64,000 bases of DNA from positions 4,321-68,320 of the forward strand of contig JAQIBE010000103.1 of the NCBI GenBank assembly GCA_027859235.1. The letters run 5' to 3'. This stretch comes from Desulfobulbaceae bacterium. Its GTDB lineage: Bacteria > Desulfobacterota > Desulfobulbia > Desulfobulbales > SURF-16. Shown here piece after piece: positions 25,251-35,625 of the stretch (positions are counted from its first letter, which is position 1; every line of letters starts with the position of its first letter). The notes under the pieces are model-generated. The model had not been told where the DNA came from. It was given only the letters and a program-made list of their open reading frames with translations, and made no database searches. The position numbers and the translations under genes are program-made.

Positions 25251-27908
25251 CTACAGCGTTGCAGCGACCTCATTCATAATATAGGCCTCAATGAGATCTC
25301 CAATCTTGATGTCATTATAATTCTCCAGGCCGATACCACATTCGTAACCATTCTGAACTTCCTTAACGTCATCCTTAAAGCGGCGCAGGGATGAGATTCT
25401 ACCGGTATAAACAACCACACCGTCACGAACGAGGCGCACACCTGCCTTGCGTTCAATGTGCCCGCTGACAACCATGGTTCCAGCAATGGTACCTGCCTTG
25501 GGCACGGTAAATGTTTCACGCACTTCAGCGTTACCAATGACCTCTTCCACAAAGATGGGATCCAGAAGACCAGCCATGGCCTTTTCAATATCTTCCAGGG
25601 CATGGTAGATAACATCGTAGGTGCGCATATCAACATGATCTTTCTCGGCCAGGGCCAGGACCTTGGCCGATGGTCGGACATTGAAACCAATAATGAATGC
25701 ATTTGAGGCGGCGGCAAGCAACACATCAGACTCGGTGATGGTTCCAGTTCCCGAATGCAGGATTTTAACCTTAATCGCCTCAGTGGCCAACTTCTCAACC
25801 GCAGCACCGAAGGCCTCAAGGGTACCCTGAACATCAGAACGGAGAAGAATGCGGATTTCCTTCATCTGACCTTCCTGAAGTGCTTCAAACAGGTTATCCA
25901 GGGAAATCTTGGTTCCGGAGGCAAGTTCAACCTCACGTTTCTTGGCTTGACGTTCCTGGCTTACCGACTTGGCCATCTTCTCATCTTTAACAACGAGAAA
26001 CTCATCGCCGGACATGGGCACACCGGAAAGTCCCTGAACTTCAACAGGAACAGCAGGCCCCGCCTCTGTCAATGACTGACCTTTATCATCCCGCAGGGAG
26101 CGAACACGGCCAGAGAAATCACCGACAACAAAGTTGTCGCCAACCCGTAATGTTCCCTGCTGAATGAGAACCGTTGCCACGGGACCACGGCCCTTATGTA
26201 ACTGTGCTTCAACAACATGACCATAGGCCTTACGGGCAGGATCAGCGGTTAGTTCAAGAATTTCAGTCTGGAGAAGAATATTCTCAACCAGATCATCAAT
26301 GCCTTCCTTTGTTTTCACCGAGGTCTTTACAAAGATCGTATTCCCACCCCACTCTTCAGGGATGAGATCATACTCGGCAAGCTCACTCATCACGCGCATG
26401 GCGTCGGCATTTTCTTTATCAATCTTATTTACCGCCACAATGATCGGCACTTCAGCGGCCTTGGCATGGTTAATGGCCTCACGGGTCTGATCCATGACAC
26501 CGTCATCAGCAGCCACGACGAGGACAACAACATCGGTAATCTGGGCACCACGGGAACGCATCTCGGTAAAGGCGGCATGACCTGGGGTGTCGAGGAAGAC
26601 CATATCGCCCTGGGGCGAACGGACATAATGGGCACCAATATGCTGGGTAATACCACCGGCTTCCCCCTCTGCCACGTCTGTATCACGGATGGCATCGAGG
26701 ATTGAAGTTTTACCATGATCAACATGACCCATAACCGTAATAACAGGAGGACGAGACATTTGCACTCCACCCGTCTCTTCTTCCTGGAGGTTGACAATGG
26801 AGTGTTCCTTTGTCTGCATTACCTCTACTTCATATCCAAAATCACTGGCAATAAATGCCGCTGTATCAAAATCAATGGCCTGATTAACGGTGGCCATCAC
26901 ACCCATTCCCATGAGCTTGCCAATGAGTTCATTAGACTTAACACTCAGGGCGTGAGCTAAATCACCAACGGAGACAAACTCGCCAACCGTAACCTTACGC
27001 TTTGAGGCCTTCATTTCCACCGTTGAAACTTCAACAGGCCCTGATGAATACCGTTGCTTTCTCTTGCGGGAACGCGGGCCACGGCCAACCTTTACCTTTG
27101 AGGACACTCTAGCGCCTAAGAGCGCGGCATCACGGGCATCAACCTCACCGCCCTGTTTAGTCCGTCCCTTGCCACCAGCACGCGGTTGTTGTGTCGTATC
27201 AAAACGAACAATACGCTTGGCCTTCTTGCCTTTCTTTGCCGCATCAGCAGGTGGAGCTCCTGGGGTCGGTGTTCCACTGGGCTTTGCACCAGCAGCTGGG
27301 CGAGGTTTCTTAAAAGGCTTTGGAGGTCTGCGGGGGGCTCTATCCTGGGCTGGAATTGGCACCTTTGTTTGACCAATAATTCGAGCGTAACCGTTTTTAA
27401 GAGGCTGCCCTTGTGTTTTTGTCTCGGCCTTAGTTACAGAAACCTCTTCCGGCTTTCCTTCTGCCTCCGCAGCAGCCTCAACTGGAGGAACGGTATCCTC
27501 GGGTACCGGCGTTTCAGCAGCTTCAACATCTACCTGTGTCGAGGCAACCACTTCAGGAGCCGCTTCTTCTGTTGCAACAGGTTCAGCAGGGATGCTCTCT
27601 TCCGTAACAGACTCAGCAGCGGCGGCAACCTCTTCCACTTCAGGCTCGACTGGAGCAGCTTTCACCACAGGTACCACTTTGGCCCGACGACGAATAATAG
27701 TCGTTCCGCCCTTTTCACTCCTGATACGTGTTTCTTTGATCTCGGTCTTGACAATGCCAAGTTCAACACGAACCTTCTGGGCTGTCTCTTCATCGAGTGT
27801 AGAATTATAGGCCTTTACATTAAAGCCAAGGTCAATGAGTTTGGCAGTCAAATCCTTACTTTCTATTCCGGCTTCTTTTGCCAACTCGTATACTCTGATC
27901 TTTCTCAT
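25251..27908 (-). CDS. infB: Translation initiation factor IF-2
   Basis: The G domain has GHVDHGKTS, DTPGH and NKID. The long Ala/Pro/Glu/Lys-rich N-terminal region is typical. Confidence 0.95.
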   Translation of the reverse strand: MRKIRVYELAKEAGIESKDLTAKLIDLGFNVKAYNSTLDEETAQKVRVELGIVKTEIKETRIRSEKGGTTIIRRRAKVVPVVKAAPVEPEVEEVAAAAESVTEESIPAEPVATEEAAPEVVASTQVDVEAAETPVPEDTVPPVEAAAEAEGKPEEVSVTKAETKTQGQPLKNGYARIIGQTKVPIPAQDRAPRRPPKPFKKPRPAAGAKPSGTPTPGAPPADAAKKGKKAKRIVRFDTTQQPRAGGKGRTKQGGEVDARDAALLGARVSSKVKVGRGPRSRKRKQRYSSGPVEVSTVEMKASKRKVTVGEFVSVGDLAHALSVKSNELIGKLMGMGVMATVNQAIDFDTAAFIASDFGYEVEVMQTKEHSIVNLQEEETGGVQMSRPPVITVMGHVDHGKTSILDAIRDTDVAEGEAGGITQHIGAHYVRSPQGDMVFLDTPGHAAFTEMRSRGAQITDVVVLVVAADDGVMDQTREAINHAKAAEVPIIVAVNKIDKENADAMRVMSELAEYDLIPEEWGGNTIFVKTSVKTKEGIDDLVENILLQTEILELTADPARKAYGHVVEAQLHKGRGPVATVLIQQGTLRVGDNFVVGDFSGRVRSLRDDKGQSLTEAGPAVPVEVQGLSGVPMSGDEFLVVKDEKMAKSVSQERQAKKREVELASGTKISLDNLFEALQEGQMKEIRILLRSDVQGTLEAFGAAVEKLATEAIKVKILHSGTGTITESDVLLAAASNAFIIGFNVRPSAKVLALAEKDHVDMRTYDVIYHALEDIEKAMAGLLDPIFVEEVIGNAEVRETFTVPKAGTIAGTMVVSGHIERKAGVRLVRDGVVVYTGRISSLRRFKDDVKEVQNGYECGIGLENYNDIKIGDLIEAYIMNEVAATL

Positions 27909-27910
27909 TT

Positions 27911-28186
27911 CTAAACTCCGAAAATACTCGACAAGGAAATGTCATATTCACCTTTGCAACGGAGCAAATGGAATATTCTTTTTCGTTTTTTATTTATCTG
28001 TGCACGGGTGTGATGGGGACATACATAAACCCCGCGGCCACTCCCTTTCTGTTGCTGACAAATTTCATGGTCAACAACACCCAACCGAACCAATGTGTTT
28101 TGGGGAAGCTTGTCATTGCAGCAGACACACATCCGCATTGGCCCCTGTGGGAATTTAATCCTGTTTTTCTTCGGCAGCTTCATCAT
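27911..28186 (-). CDS. ylxR: YlxR/RnpM family (DUF448) RNA-binding protein
   Basis: The RMCVCCNDKLPQNTLVRL...GRGVYVC pattern. It lies between nusA and infB. The start is uncertain: the ORF-track start overlaps nusA by 32 nt, and an internal Met is possible. Confidence 0.75.
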   Translation of the reverse strand: MMKLPKKNRIKFPQGPMRMCVCCNDKLPQNTLVRLGVVDHEICQQQKGSGRGVYVCPHHTRAQINKKRKRIFHLLRCKGEYDISLSSIFGV

Positions 28187-29615
28187 GTTCTAATACAGTC
28201 TCTTCACCCTGCACCTCTTCATTGCTGCCTTCAGCTCCGGCTTCTTCAATGTCCTCTTGTTCAGCTTCTGAGGTGTCATCGAGAGCTGCAGCTGGTTCCT
28301 CAGTCTCTGCCGATGGAGCGGCTTCAGCCCCTGCATCTTCACCACCATCGTCTTCCAACAACTCATCTTCATCTTCTGGAGTGTACTGGAGGGGTGAAGC
28401 TAATTCTTTAATGGCAACAACCTGATTTTCTTCCCATTTGAGAAGTTCCATCAACGTCTCATTATCTGCCTCTTTCAACTTATCCAAATGAGTGATACCA
28501 CCGTCAAACAGGGTATCGGCATCCCGATCTTTAAGGCCGGGGACCATTTTTAACGACTGAAAGCCCGGTAAGGAGTGTTTGGCATAACGCTCTTCACTCT
28601 TCACATCAATCCGCCAGTTCAGAAGCATGGAGGCCAAACGGACATTCTGGCCGCCGCGGCCAATGGCAAGGGAAAGCTGATCGTCAGGAACAACAACAAG
28701 GAGGGACTTATTATCCTCATCAACAAGCACCATGGAAATCTGGGCTGGAGACAGGGCATTGGCAACAAACTTTGCAGGATCCGGAGACCAGGGGACAATA
28801 TCAATCTTTTCGCCCTGAAGCTCCTGAACGACGTTCTGCACCCTGGAACCTTTCATCCCGACACAGGCACCAACCGGATCTACATCGGTCTCATTGGAAA
28901 CAACCGCTATTTTGGACCGGGCACCAGGTTCACGTACGGCATGGACAATCTGAACAATACCCTCACTAATCTCCGAAACCTCCAAGGCAAAGAGCTTGAC
29001 CAGAAAGTCACTGGAAATACGCGTTAAAATCAACTGATGATCCCGGGCATTTTCACGCACCTCTTTGAGCATGGCCCTGACACGATCCCCCTGACGGTAT
29101 GACCGGCGCGGCATCATCTCCTTTTTCGGCAACAAGGCATCCGTACGACCTAAATTGACCACCATATTGCCGCGATCAAAGCGCTGGACAATACCGTTGA
29201 CAATTTCACCTTCACGATCCTTATACATATTAAAGATGACATCACGCTCGGCATCTTTCATCTTTTGAATAATGACCTGTTTGGCAGACTGGGCAGCCAC
29301 ACGACCAAGGTCGGCAACATCATCCATCTTGGAGCCGAGCTCATCACCGAGTTCAACTTCAGGATCAAGGGCTTTGGCCTCCGCGAACGAAACTTCAGTC
29401 TGTTCGTCAAGAACCTCTTCCACAACCATGCGAAATTGAAAGAGTTCGATTTCACCTAATTCTTCGTTAAAGCGAACGTCAAGATCTCGACGCATACCGA
29501 ATTTCTTGTGAGCTGCAGTCAAAACAGCTGACTCAAGCGCTTCCACAAGGATCTCCCGATCAAAACCCTTATCACGACTAACCTGGTCTATGATTTTTTT
29601 AAGATCTGTCAGCAT
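28155..29615 (-). CDS. nusA: Transcription termination/antitermination factor NusA with a long acidic C-terminal tail
   Basis: N-terminal domain, S1 and two KH domains (VGACVGMKGSRVQNVVQEL, AIGRGGQNVRLASML). The tail is Asp/Glu/Ala-rich. Confidence 0.95.
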   Translation of the reverse strand: MLTDLKKIIDQVSRDKGFDREILVEALESAVLTAAHKKFGMRRDLDVRFNEELGEIELFQFRMVVEEVLDEQTEVSFAEAKALDPEVELGDELGSKMDDVADLGRVAAQSAKQVIIQKMKDAERDVIFNMYKDREGEIVNGIVQRFDRGNMVVNLGRTDALLPKKEMMPRRSYRQGDRVRAMLKEVRENARDHQLILTRISSDFLVKLFALEVSEISEGIVQIVHAVREPGARSKIAVVSNETDVDPVGACVGMKGSRVQNVVQELQGEKIDIVPWSPDPAKFVANALSPAQISMVLVDEDNKSLLVVVPDDQLSLAIGRGGQNVRLASMLLNWRIDVKSEERYAKHSLPGFQSLKMVPGLKDRDADTLFDGGITHLDKLKEADNETLMELLKWEENQVVAIKELASPLQYTPEDEDELLEDDGGEDAGAEAAPSAETEEPAAALDDTSEAEQEDIEEAGAEGSNEEVQGEETVLEHDEAAEEKQD

Positions 29616-29655
29616 CTATAGTCCCATTACCCCTAACATGTTAGGAGCCTCAAGT

Positions 29656-30147
29656 TTATTTTCTTGATTTACCTGATTTGCCAAAATCAATAATGAGTTT
29701 GGCCTTCTTCACCGCCGTATAATGAAACGTTAATTCTTCATTATCAGTCAATAATGTTATATCTTCGTCATCTACCTTTACTATGGTTCCTGATGTTGAG
29801 AATATGTCATCCCCATCCGCCAGGGTAATTTTAACTTTTTTATTTATATTGCGTGCAAAATCCCGTGGCGAGGTCAGAGGCCGATCCAGACCAGGAGATG
29901 AAACTTCAAGATGATATTTCTGGGTGATAAAATCTTCAACATCTAAAAGATAACTCACCTCTTTACTGACACTCTTGCAATGCTCAATGGTGATCCCGTC
30001 TTCAGCATAAATAATAATGCGAATCACCCAGCCATGCTGCTCCTGCCGATACTGCACCTCAACCAATTCCAGGTCTAGTTCCGCAACAATCGGTTCGACA
30101 AGTGCTGTCAATTTTTCAACAAGGGTCTCAGCCATAAAATCCGTCAA
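29656..30147 (-). CDS. rimP: Ribosome maturation factor RimP
   Basis: Contains the LEVSSPGLDRPL motif and is located upstream of nusA. Confidence 0.85.
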   Translation of the reverse strand: MTDFMAETLVEKLTALVEPIVAELDLELVEVQYRQEQHGWVIRIIIYAEDGITIEHCKSVSKEVSYLLDVEDFITQKYHLEVSSPGLDRPLTSPRDFARNINKKVKITLADGDDIFSTSGTIVKVDDEDITLLTDNEELTFHYTAVKKAKLIIDFGKSGKSRK

Positions 30148-30460
30148 AAATGGGGCTTACTGTCTCCAATCGCCAAGACCAGACACAACAAGCAAAGCTA
30201 CAACGCGATAAGCCAAAACAGCCTGTTTTAACCCTTCGTGTTTTGGCAATAAAAAAAGCGGGCAAAGCCCACTTGAAGAAACACAACTCAGAATAAAATC
30301 TCATCTTCAGTAAAGCTCAAAAAAACAAGACTCAAAAGAAGAAAAAACCTTCTTTCAATGATTCAAAACATGAATCACTGCCCTTCTTTAATATATTTTG
30401 CCCAATCTTGTCAACATCCCTTTTTAACAGAAAGCAAATACCATCAGGCAAACAGTTATT

Positions 30461-30492
30461 AAAAAAGCCCTCAATCTCGCGATTAAGGGCTT
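30461..30492 (-). terminator. Rho-independent terminator after nuoN
   Basis: On the minus strand: AAGCCCT taatcgcgagattg AGGGCTT, followed by TTTTAA. Confidence 0.6.
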
Positions 30493-30520
30493 TAGACAAT
30501 CTTATAAAAACAGAGGGGGG

Positions 30521-31936
30521 CTACATAACCACCTGAACTGCTTTTTGGGTAATAGCCATGAGCGTATCCGGAGCGACACCCAGATAAAGGATGAGAGCCA
30601 TCAGCACCAGACCCATGGCCCACATTGAACCTCGCACCTCAACATCTGGTCGATCACCAGGATCGGAGGTAAAGGCAACCCGAACCACGGAGAGATAATA
30701 ATAAATGGCAATCGCCGTGTTTATTGCCGCAAGAATCACAAGAACAAGATGACCCGCCTTTAATGCCCCGATAAGAAGCATGAACTTACCGGCAAAACCG
30801 ACAAAGGGTGGAATACCAGCCATGGCAAACATGGAGACCAGCAAGACCAAGGCCAAAAACGGCGCTCTCTTATACAACCCTTTCAAGTCATCACGACTGA
30901 CATTTTCACCCTTCTGGGAAACCGCGCAGATAACCAGAAAGCAGGCCAGATTCATCAGCACATAACCGATAATATAATACATGGCCCGAGCAAAACCGAG
31001 TTCGTCCAGGGTCACCATACCGACAAGAATAAAACCGGCGTGGGCAATACCGGAGAAACCAAGCATCCGTTTAATATCCGTCTGCACCAGCGCGGAAAGG
31101 TTTCCATAAAACATGGAGGAAACGGCAGCAATCGAGAGCATCAGAATGAGCCAGTCAGCCCCGTTGGGATTGGCCATGAGCACGATTTTGACCATAATGG
31201 CAACAGCACCAACTTTTGGGACGGTGGCGATAAAAGCGGTGGTGGCGTTTGCCGCACCCTCATACACATCCGGTACCCAGAAATGAAAGGGAAAGATGGC
31301 AAGTTTATAAAAGAAACCAATGAGGATGAGGAATACAGCTAAGTATGAAATTGGATTGTCTGACATGGAACTTAATGCCATAACGACTTCAGGCAAACTG
31401 GTCGAGCCTGTCAACCCGTACACATAGGACGTACCAAAGAGCATGGCGCCTGTGGAAAGTACACCGAACATGATGTACTTAATCGCGGCTTCCATCTGCT
31501 TAATCTCGCCGGTTGCATCATCCCGCATGGGGACCATGAGATACAGGGCGTAGGATGACAACTCGAGCGAAATGAATATGGTAATGAGTTCGTTGGCTGA
31601 AACCAGGAAAACCAGGCCAAGACAGGACAGCGTCATAAACAGGTAATACTCCGGCTTGACCTTGGCATTAATCCCTTTCATATCACTGGTCAAAATGACC
31701 ACGGCAACAAGTCCGAGACTAATGATAATTTTGAAAAACTGGGAGAAATAATCAACCTTGTAGGCTGTATAAAATAATGTCCCCTGCTTATCTATCGACA
31801 TATAGCAGAGCAAAGCCATACCAAGACCGATGGCAATAGTAACATTTTTGGCGAGGGCGCCTTTTTCATCACCTAAGGTAATGAAAAACAAAATCAACGA
31901 TCCGCCAAGGAGGAACAATTCTGGTAAGAACAACAT
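30521..31936 (-). CDS. nuoN: NADH-quinone oxidoreductase subunit N
   Basis: Polytopic antiporter-like subunit with the NuoN-type motif FHFWVPDVYEGAANATTAFIA. It is the last gene of the nuo cluster. Confidence 0.85.
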   Translation of the reverse strand: MLFLPELFLLGGSLILFFITLGDEKGALAKNVTIAIGLGMALLCYMSIDKQGTLFYTAYKVDYFSQFFKIIISLGLVAVVILTSDMKGINAKVKPEYYLFMTLSCLGLVFLVSANELITIFISLELSSYALYLMVPMRDDATGEIKQMEAAIKYIMFGVLSTGAMLFGTSYVYGLTGSTSLPEVVMALSSMSDNPISYLAVFLILIGFFYKLAIFPFHFWVPDVYEGAANATTAFIATVPKVGAVAIMVKIVLMANPNGADWLILMLSIAAVSSMFYGNLSALVQTDIKRMLGFSGIAHAGFILVGMVTLDELGFARAMYYIIGYVLMNLACFLVICAVSQKGENVSRDDLKGLYKRAPFLALVLLVSMFAMAGIPPFVGFAGKFMLLIGALKAGHLVLVILAAINTAIAIYYYLSVVRVAFTSDPGDRPDVEVRGSMWAMGLVLMALILYLGVAPDTLMAITQKAVQVVM

Positions 31937-32005
31937 ATTATTAATTCCCTAGTTCTAGTTAAAACCCTAAAGAGATAATCTCGTATCGACTGAAGATTGT
32001 TTCAA

Positions 32006-33502
32006 TTAATGTAAAGCCAATGATGCTACAGTTTGAATACTATGATATTGATCGAGTAAATTCTTCACCGATACATGCATAACATTCATGAATGGTTCTG
32101 GCGCAAGACCGATCCAAAAAACAAATATTAAGAGGGGCAGCAAAGTAACCGCCTCTCTGAAATTCAGGTCGCTGATGTCATCGCGGCCTTTCCCTTTAAA
32201 CAGCACATACTGGAGCAAACGCAGCATATACGCCGCCGCAAGGACAGCCCCGATGATGGACACACCGGCTGCGATCTTATTGAATTGAAAACCGCCGACC
32301 AGAATCAAGAACTCACCAATAAAGGAGTTTGTCCCTGGAAAGCCGAGAGAAGATAAGGAGAATATGGTCAGAAAGGTTACAAAAATCGGTAAACTATAGG
32401 CGAGGCCACAGTGATCTTTAATCTCACGACTATGGGTCCGTTCGTAGATCATACCGATCATGAGAAAGAGTGCCCCTGTCGTAATACCATGATTGACCAT
32501 CTGAATGATTGCGCCCTCAACACCTGACTTGTTGAAGCAGAATATACCAAGTGTCACAAAACCCATATGACCAACAGATGAATAGGCAATCAGCTTCTTC
32601 ATATCAGATTGGGCCAGGGCCGTAAAACCACCATAGAGGATACCGGCCACAGACAACCAGAGCACATAGGTTCCGAGTGCATGGGTGGCAAGGGGTGTTA
32701 TGGGCAGACAGAAGCGCAGGAACCCGTAAGTACCCATCTTCAAGAGTACTGACGCCAGGATTACAGAACCCGCGCCAGGTGCTTCAACGTGGGCAGCGGG
32801 TAGCCATGTATGAAACGGAAACATGGGAACCTTGATGGCAAAGGCCAGAAAGAACGCCAGGAACACCCAGATCTGAAAACTCATAGAGTAGGGTTGGTTC
32901 ATCATATCCGGGATATAAAAACTATGGCCATTTTGGAAATAGAGGGCAATGATGGCCACAAGGAGCATCACAGAGCCTGCTAAGGTGTAGAGAAAAAACT
33001 TAATGGAGGCATACTTCTTCCGAGGTCCGCCCCAGATACCGATGAGAAGATACATCGGCATGAGCATCATTTCCCACAGCACATAAAAGAGGACAAAGTC
33101 AAGGGCACAGAACACCCCAACCATGGCAGTTTCCATGACCAACAGACAAATCATGAATTCCTTGATGCGCTTAGAGATATAGGTCCAGGAACCGAGGACA
33201 CAAAGCGGCATGATAAAGGTCGTCAACAGAATCAAAAGAAGACTGATCCCATCAATCCCCACGGCATAGTCAATGTTAAGCGATTTGACCCAGGGGGTAC
33301 GCTCGTAAAACTGTAATGCAGCAGTGGATGAATCAAAACCGGCCCACAGCTTTAATGATAATAATGCATTGCCAAGGGTAACCACTAAGGCCCAGCGTCT
33401 TTGATTTTCTTCGCCCGGCACAATGAACATAATTCCTGCGCCAATTAAAGGTATGAAGATCAGCCAGGTCAGTAAATGCCCGCTATATTCTATGAATTCC
33501 AT
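32006..33502 (-). CDS. nuoM: NADH-quinone oxidoreductase subunit M
   Basis: NuoM-type motif FHTWLPAAHVEAPGAGSVILA. I prefer the ATG at 33502 (MEFIEYSG). Confidence 0.85.
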   Translation of the reverse strand: MEFIEYSGHLLTWLIFIPLIGAGIMFIVPGEENQRRWALVVTLGNALLSLKLWAGFDSSTAALQFYERTPWVKSLNIDYAVGIDGISLLLILLTTFIMPLCVLGSWTYISKRIKEFMICLLVMETAMVGVFCALDFVLFYVLWEMMLMPMYLLIGIWGGPRKKYASIKFFLYTLAGSVMLLVAIIALYFQNGHSFYIPDMMNQPYSMSFQIWVFLAFFLAFAIKVPMFPFHTWLPAAHVEAPGAGSVILASVLLKMGTYGFLRFCLPITPLATHALGTYVLWLSVAGILYGGFTALAQSDMKKLIAYSSVGHMGFVTLGIFCFNKSGVEGAIIQMVNHGITTGALFLMIGMIYERTHSREIKDHCGLAYSLPIFVTFLTIFSLSSLGFPGTNSFIGEFLILVGGFQFNKIAAGVSIIGAVLAAAYMLRLLQYVLFKGKGRDDISDLNFREAVTLLPLLIFVFWIGLAPEPFMNVMHVSVKNLLDQYHSIQTVASLALH

Positions 33503-33587
33503 TCCCTGCAACCCCTTATCTATGAAGGTCTCTTGTGACTGAAGCAATACAGTCCGAAACTTTCATTCTCAATTTCACTTATAAAAA

Positions 33588-35378
33588 TTAGGCAAAGACA
33601 TAGGCGATAATAGCGATAGCCATCGCTGTTGCCGCAAAATAAATATTGTTCTGAATCTGGCCGGATTGAATTTTACGGACCTGCCCGCCAAGACCGCGAA
33701 CGGAACGGGCAACCCCATCAACAACCCCATCAATGCCATTCCAATCAAACCAGGACCAGAAGTTGGAAATAGTCATGAGTGGATAAATACCGCAATAGGT
33801 CCAGATCATACCGACACCATTATCGATGGTCTGCAGCACCTTCCGATCAAACCAAAGGAACAGTCTGCCACCCATGCGATAGATCCAGTCCAGGTCAATG
33901 GATATCTTGGCTTCAGGTGTCAGTTTCGACAGGAGAAGGAAGAAGCCCAGTGCGGTGAAACAGAGGATCTGCAAGGTCTCAGCAAGATGGTATGCGTTGT
34001 ATGGGTGAAATTCAGCCGACTGGTATGGCAGCATGTCATACAGGAAGGGCAGATACGAGCCAATAGTGAAACAGAGAAACGCAGCCACACCCATGGCCAG
34101 GAGCATATTGAGTGGTGGATCAGCAGCCTTCTCCCATGTTTCATCGGAACAGTTGTTCTTGCCGAACCAGATAAAGTAAGGAACCTTAAGACCTGTATGC
34201 AGGAAGGTACCGGCTGAGGCAAGGATAAGCAGAAAGCTTGCCCACATGACATGTGAGTTGGCAGCTGCTGCAATAATCATCGATTTTGACACAAAACCGG
34301 AAAAGAGCGGCCAGCCCGAGATGGAAAGACCACCTATCATAGTAAAGATAAAGGTCAGCGGCATCTTCTTATACAACCCGCCAAGTTCAGTAAACTTGGA
34401 TTTACCCGTCATGTACAAGACTGAACCGGTTCCCATAAAGAGCAGTCCTTTATAGAGAATATGGGCAAAGGCATGGGCGCAGGTCCCGTTAATGGCGAGA
34501 GCTGTACCGATACCGACACCGGTCACCATATAACCGACCTGGGAAATAATATGCCAGGCCAGCAGACGGCGGCAGTCGTTTTCAAGCACCGCATACACAA
34601 CACCATAAAGGGCCATACAGACACCCATGGGGATGAGAATATCGAATCCAGCCAGGGAGCGAGCCATGGCATAAATGGCTGTTTTAGTGGTGAAGGCGCA
34701 CATAAAGACCGAGCCCGTAACCGTGGCCTCAGCATAGGCATCAGGCAGCCATGAGTGAAACGGCGGAACCGCTGCATTCAGGATGAGACCGATACCTATG
34801 AGGTAGATGTACAAGGTCGGATGATCGACATCCAGCTGGCCAAAAGAGTAATCGCCGCCTGTTGCCTGATAGCGCAGAACAAAACCGGCAAGGAGGAATA
34901 GACCGCCCGCGGTATGCACGAGGAGGTAACGATAGCCAACGGCCTTCGACTTCTCCCGTTTTCTGAACCAGATCAGAAAAACTGAGGAGAAGGCCATGAG
35001 TTCCCAGAACAGAAAGAGGACAATGTAGTCACCGCAATAGATCGCGCCCAGTGAACCGGCAACGTATATCCAGGCGGCCATATGCTCGTAGGGATTCTTG
35101 TTATGCAGGCCATAGAGGGTTCCAACACAGCACATGAGTGACATGATGAAACTGAAGATAATAGACAGTTGATCAACACGGCCAAACGTCAGGTACCAGT
35201 CCATCCAGTTAACAACACCGAAGGTCCCTGGAGAACTATTCACCACCATAACCTGTAAGAAGGTCAGGATTGGCACAGCCATGAGAAACGGTCTACGGAC
35301 AACCGGGTTCTGCATAAACGGTACAAGTAAGGCCCCGATAATCAGAAAAACTGAGGGGTGCATCCATAAATCACTCAC
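33588..35378 (-). CDS. nuoL: Antiporter-like complex I subunit carrying a NuoL-type C-terminal lateral-helix extension
   Basis: PF00361-type core (FHSWLPDAYAEATVTGSVF). The C-terminus WFDWNGIDGVVDGVARSVRGLGGQVRKIQSGQIQNNIYFAATAMAIAIIAYV resembles the NuoL amphipathic helix HL plus the terminal TM segment. Confidence 0.7.
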   Translation of the reverse strand: MSDLWMHPSVFLIIGALLVPFMQNPVVRRPFLMAVPILTFLQVMVVNSSPGTFGVVNWMDWYLTFGRVDQLSIIFSFIMSLMCCVGTLYGLHNKNPYEHMAAWIYVAGSLGAIYCGDYIVLFLFWELMAFSSVFLIWFRKREKSKAVGYRYLLVHTAGGLFLLAGFVLRYQATGGDYSFGQLDVDHPTLYIYLIGIGLILNAAVPPFHSWLPDAYAEATVTGSVFMCAFTTKTAIYAMARSLAGFDILIPMGVCMALYGVVYAVLENDCRRLLAWHIISQVGYMVTGVGIGTALAINGTCAHAFAHILYKGLLFMGTGSVLYMTGKSKFTELGGLYKKMPLTFIFTMIGGLSISGWPLFSGFVSKSMIIAAAANSHVMWASFLLILASAGTFLHTGLKVPYFIWFGKNNCSDETWEKAADPPLNMLLAMGVAAFLCFTIGSYLPFLYDMLPYQSAEFHPYNAYHLAETLQILCFTALGFFLLLSKLTPEAKISIDLDWIYRMGGRLFLWFDRKVLQTIDNGVGMIWTYCGIYPLMTISNFWSWFDWNGIDGVVDGVARSVRGLGGQVRKIQSGQIQNNIYFAATAMAIAIIAYVFA

Positions 35379-35625
35379 CGTAGTAGTCCTCCTTTACCAT
35401 GACACCGGAGTGGCCGAACCACTTGGAAAAAATGATAATGATCGTACAGGCCAAAAATCCAAAGATTGACCAGAAAAATGGGAGTTGCTCGATCTGGGTA
35501 TGGGCGTGATGATTGCCATAGGCAACCAGCGAGCCCCATACAGCAACCCCTGCCATCACAACATAGCAGATACGGTTGACATATTTCAGACGATCCCTGA
35601 GATAATCGATAATTGAGACTATCAT
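35371..35625 (-). CDS. Small two-TM membrane protein embedded in the nuo cluster (84 aa from the ATG at 35625)
   Basis: The start forms an ATGA overlap with the stop of the upstream antiporter-like gene. Its own stop overlaps the NuoL-like start by 8 nt. Two hydrophobic segments. No family recognised. Confidence 0.55.
   Translation of the reverse strand: MIVSIIDYLRDRLKYVNRICYVVMAGVAVWGSLVAYGNHHAHTQIEQLPFFWSIFGFLACTIIIIFSKWFGHSGVMVKEDYYGE

Noticed and set aside
28155-28420. Extremely acidic C-terminal tail of NusA as a separate feature or fusion
   Set aside because: It is continuous with the NusA reading frame and is low-complexity Asp/Glu/Ala sequence. Acidic tails replacing or following the C-terminal repeats are a common lineage-specific variation of NusA, so I do not treat it as a distinct element.
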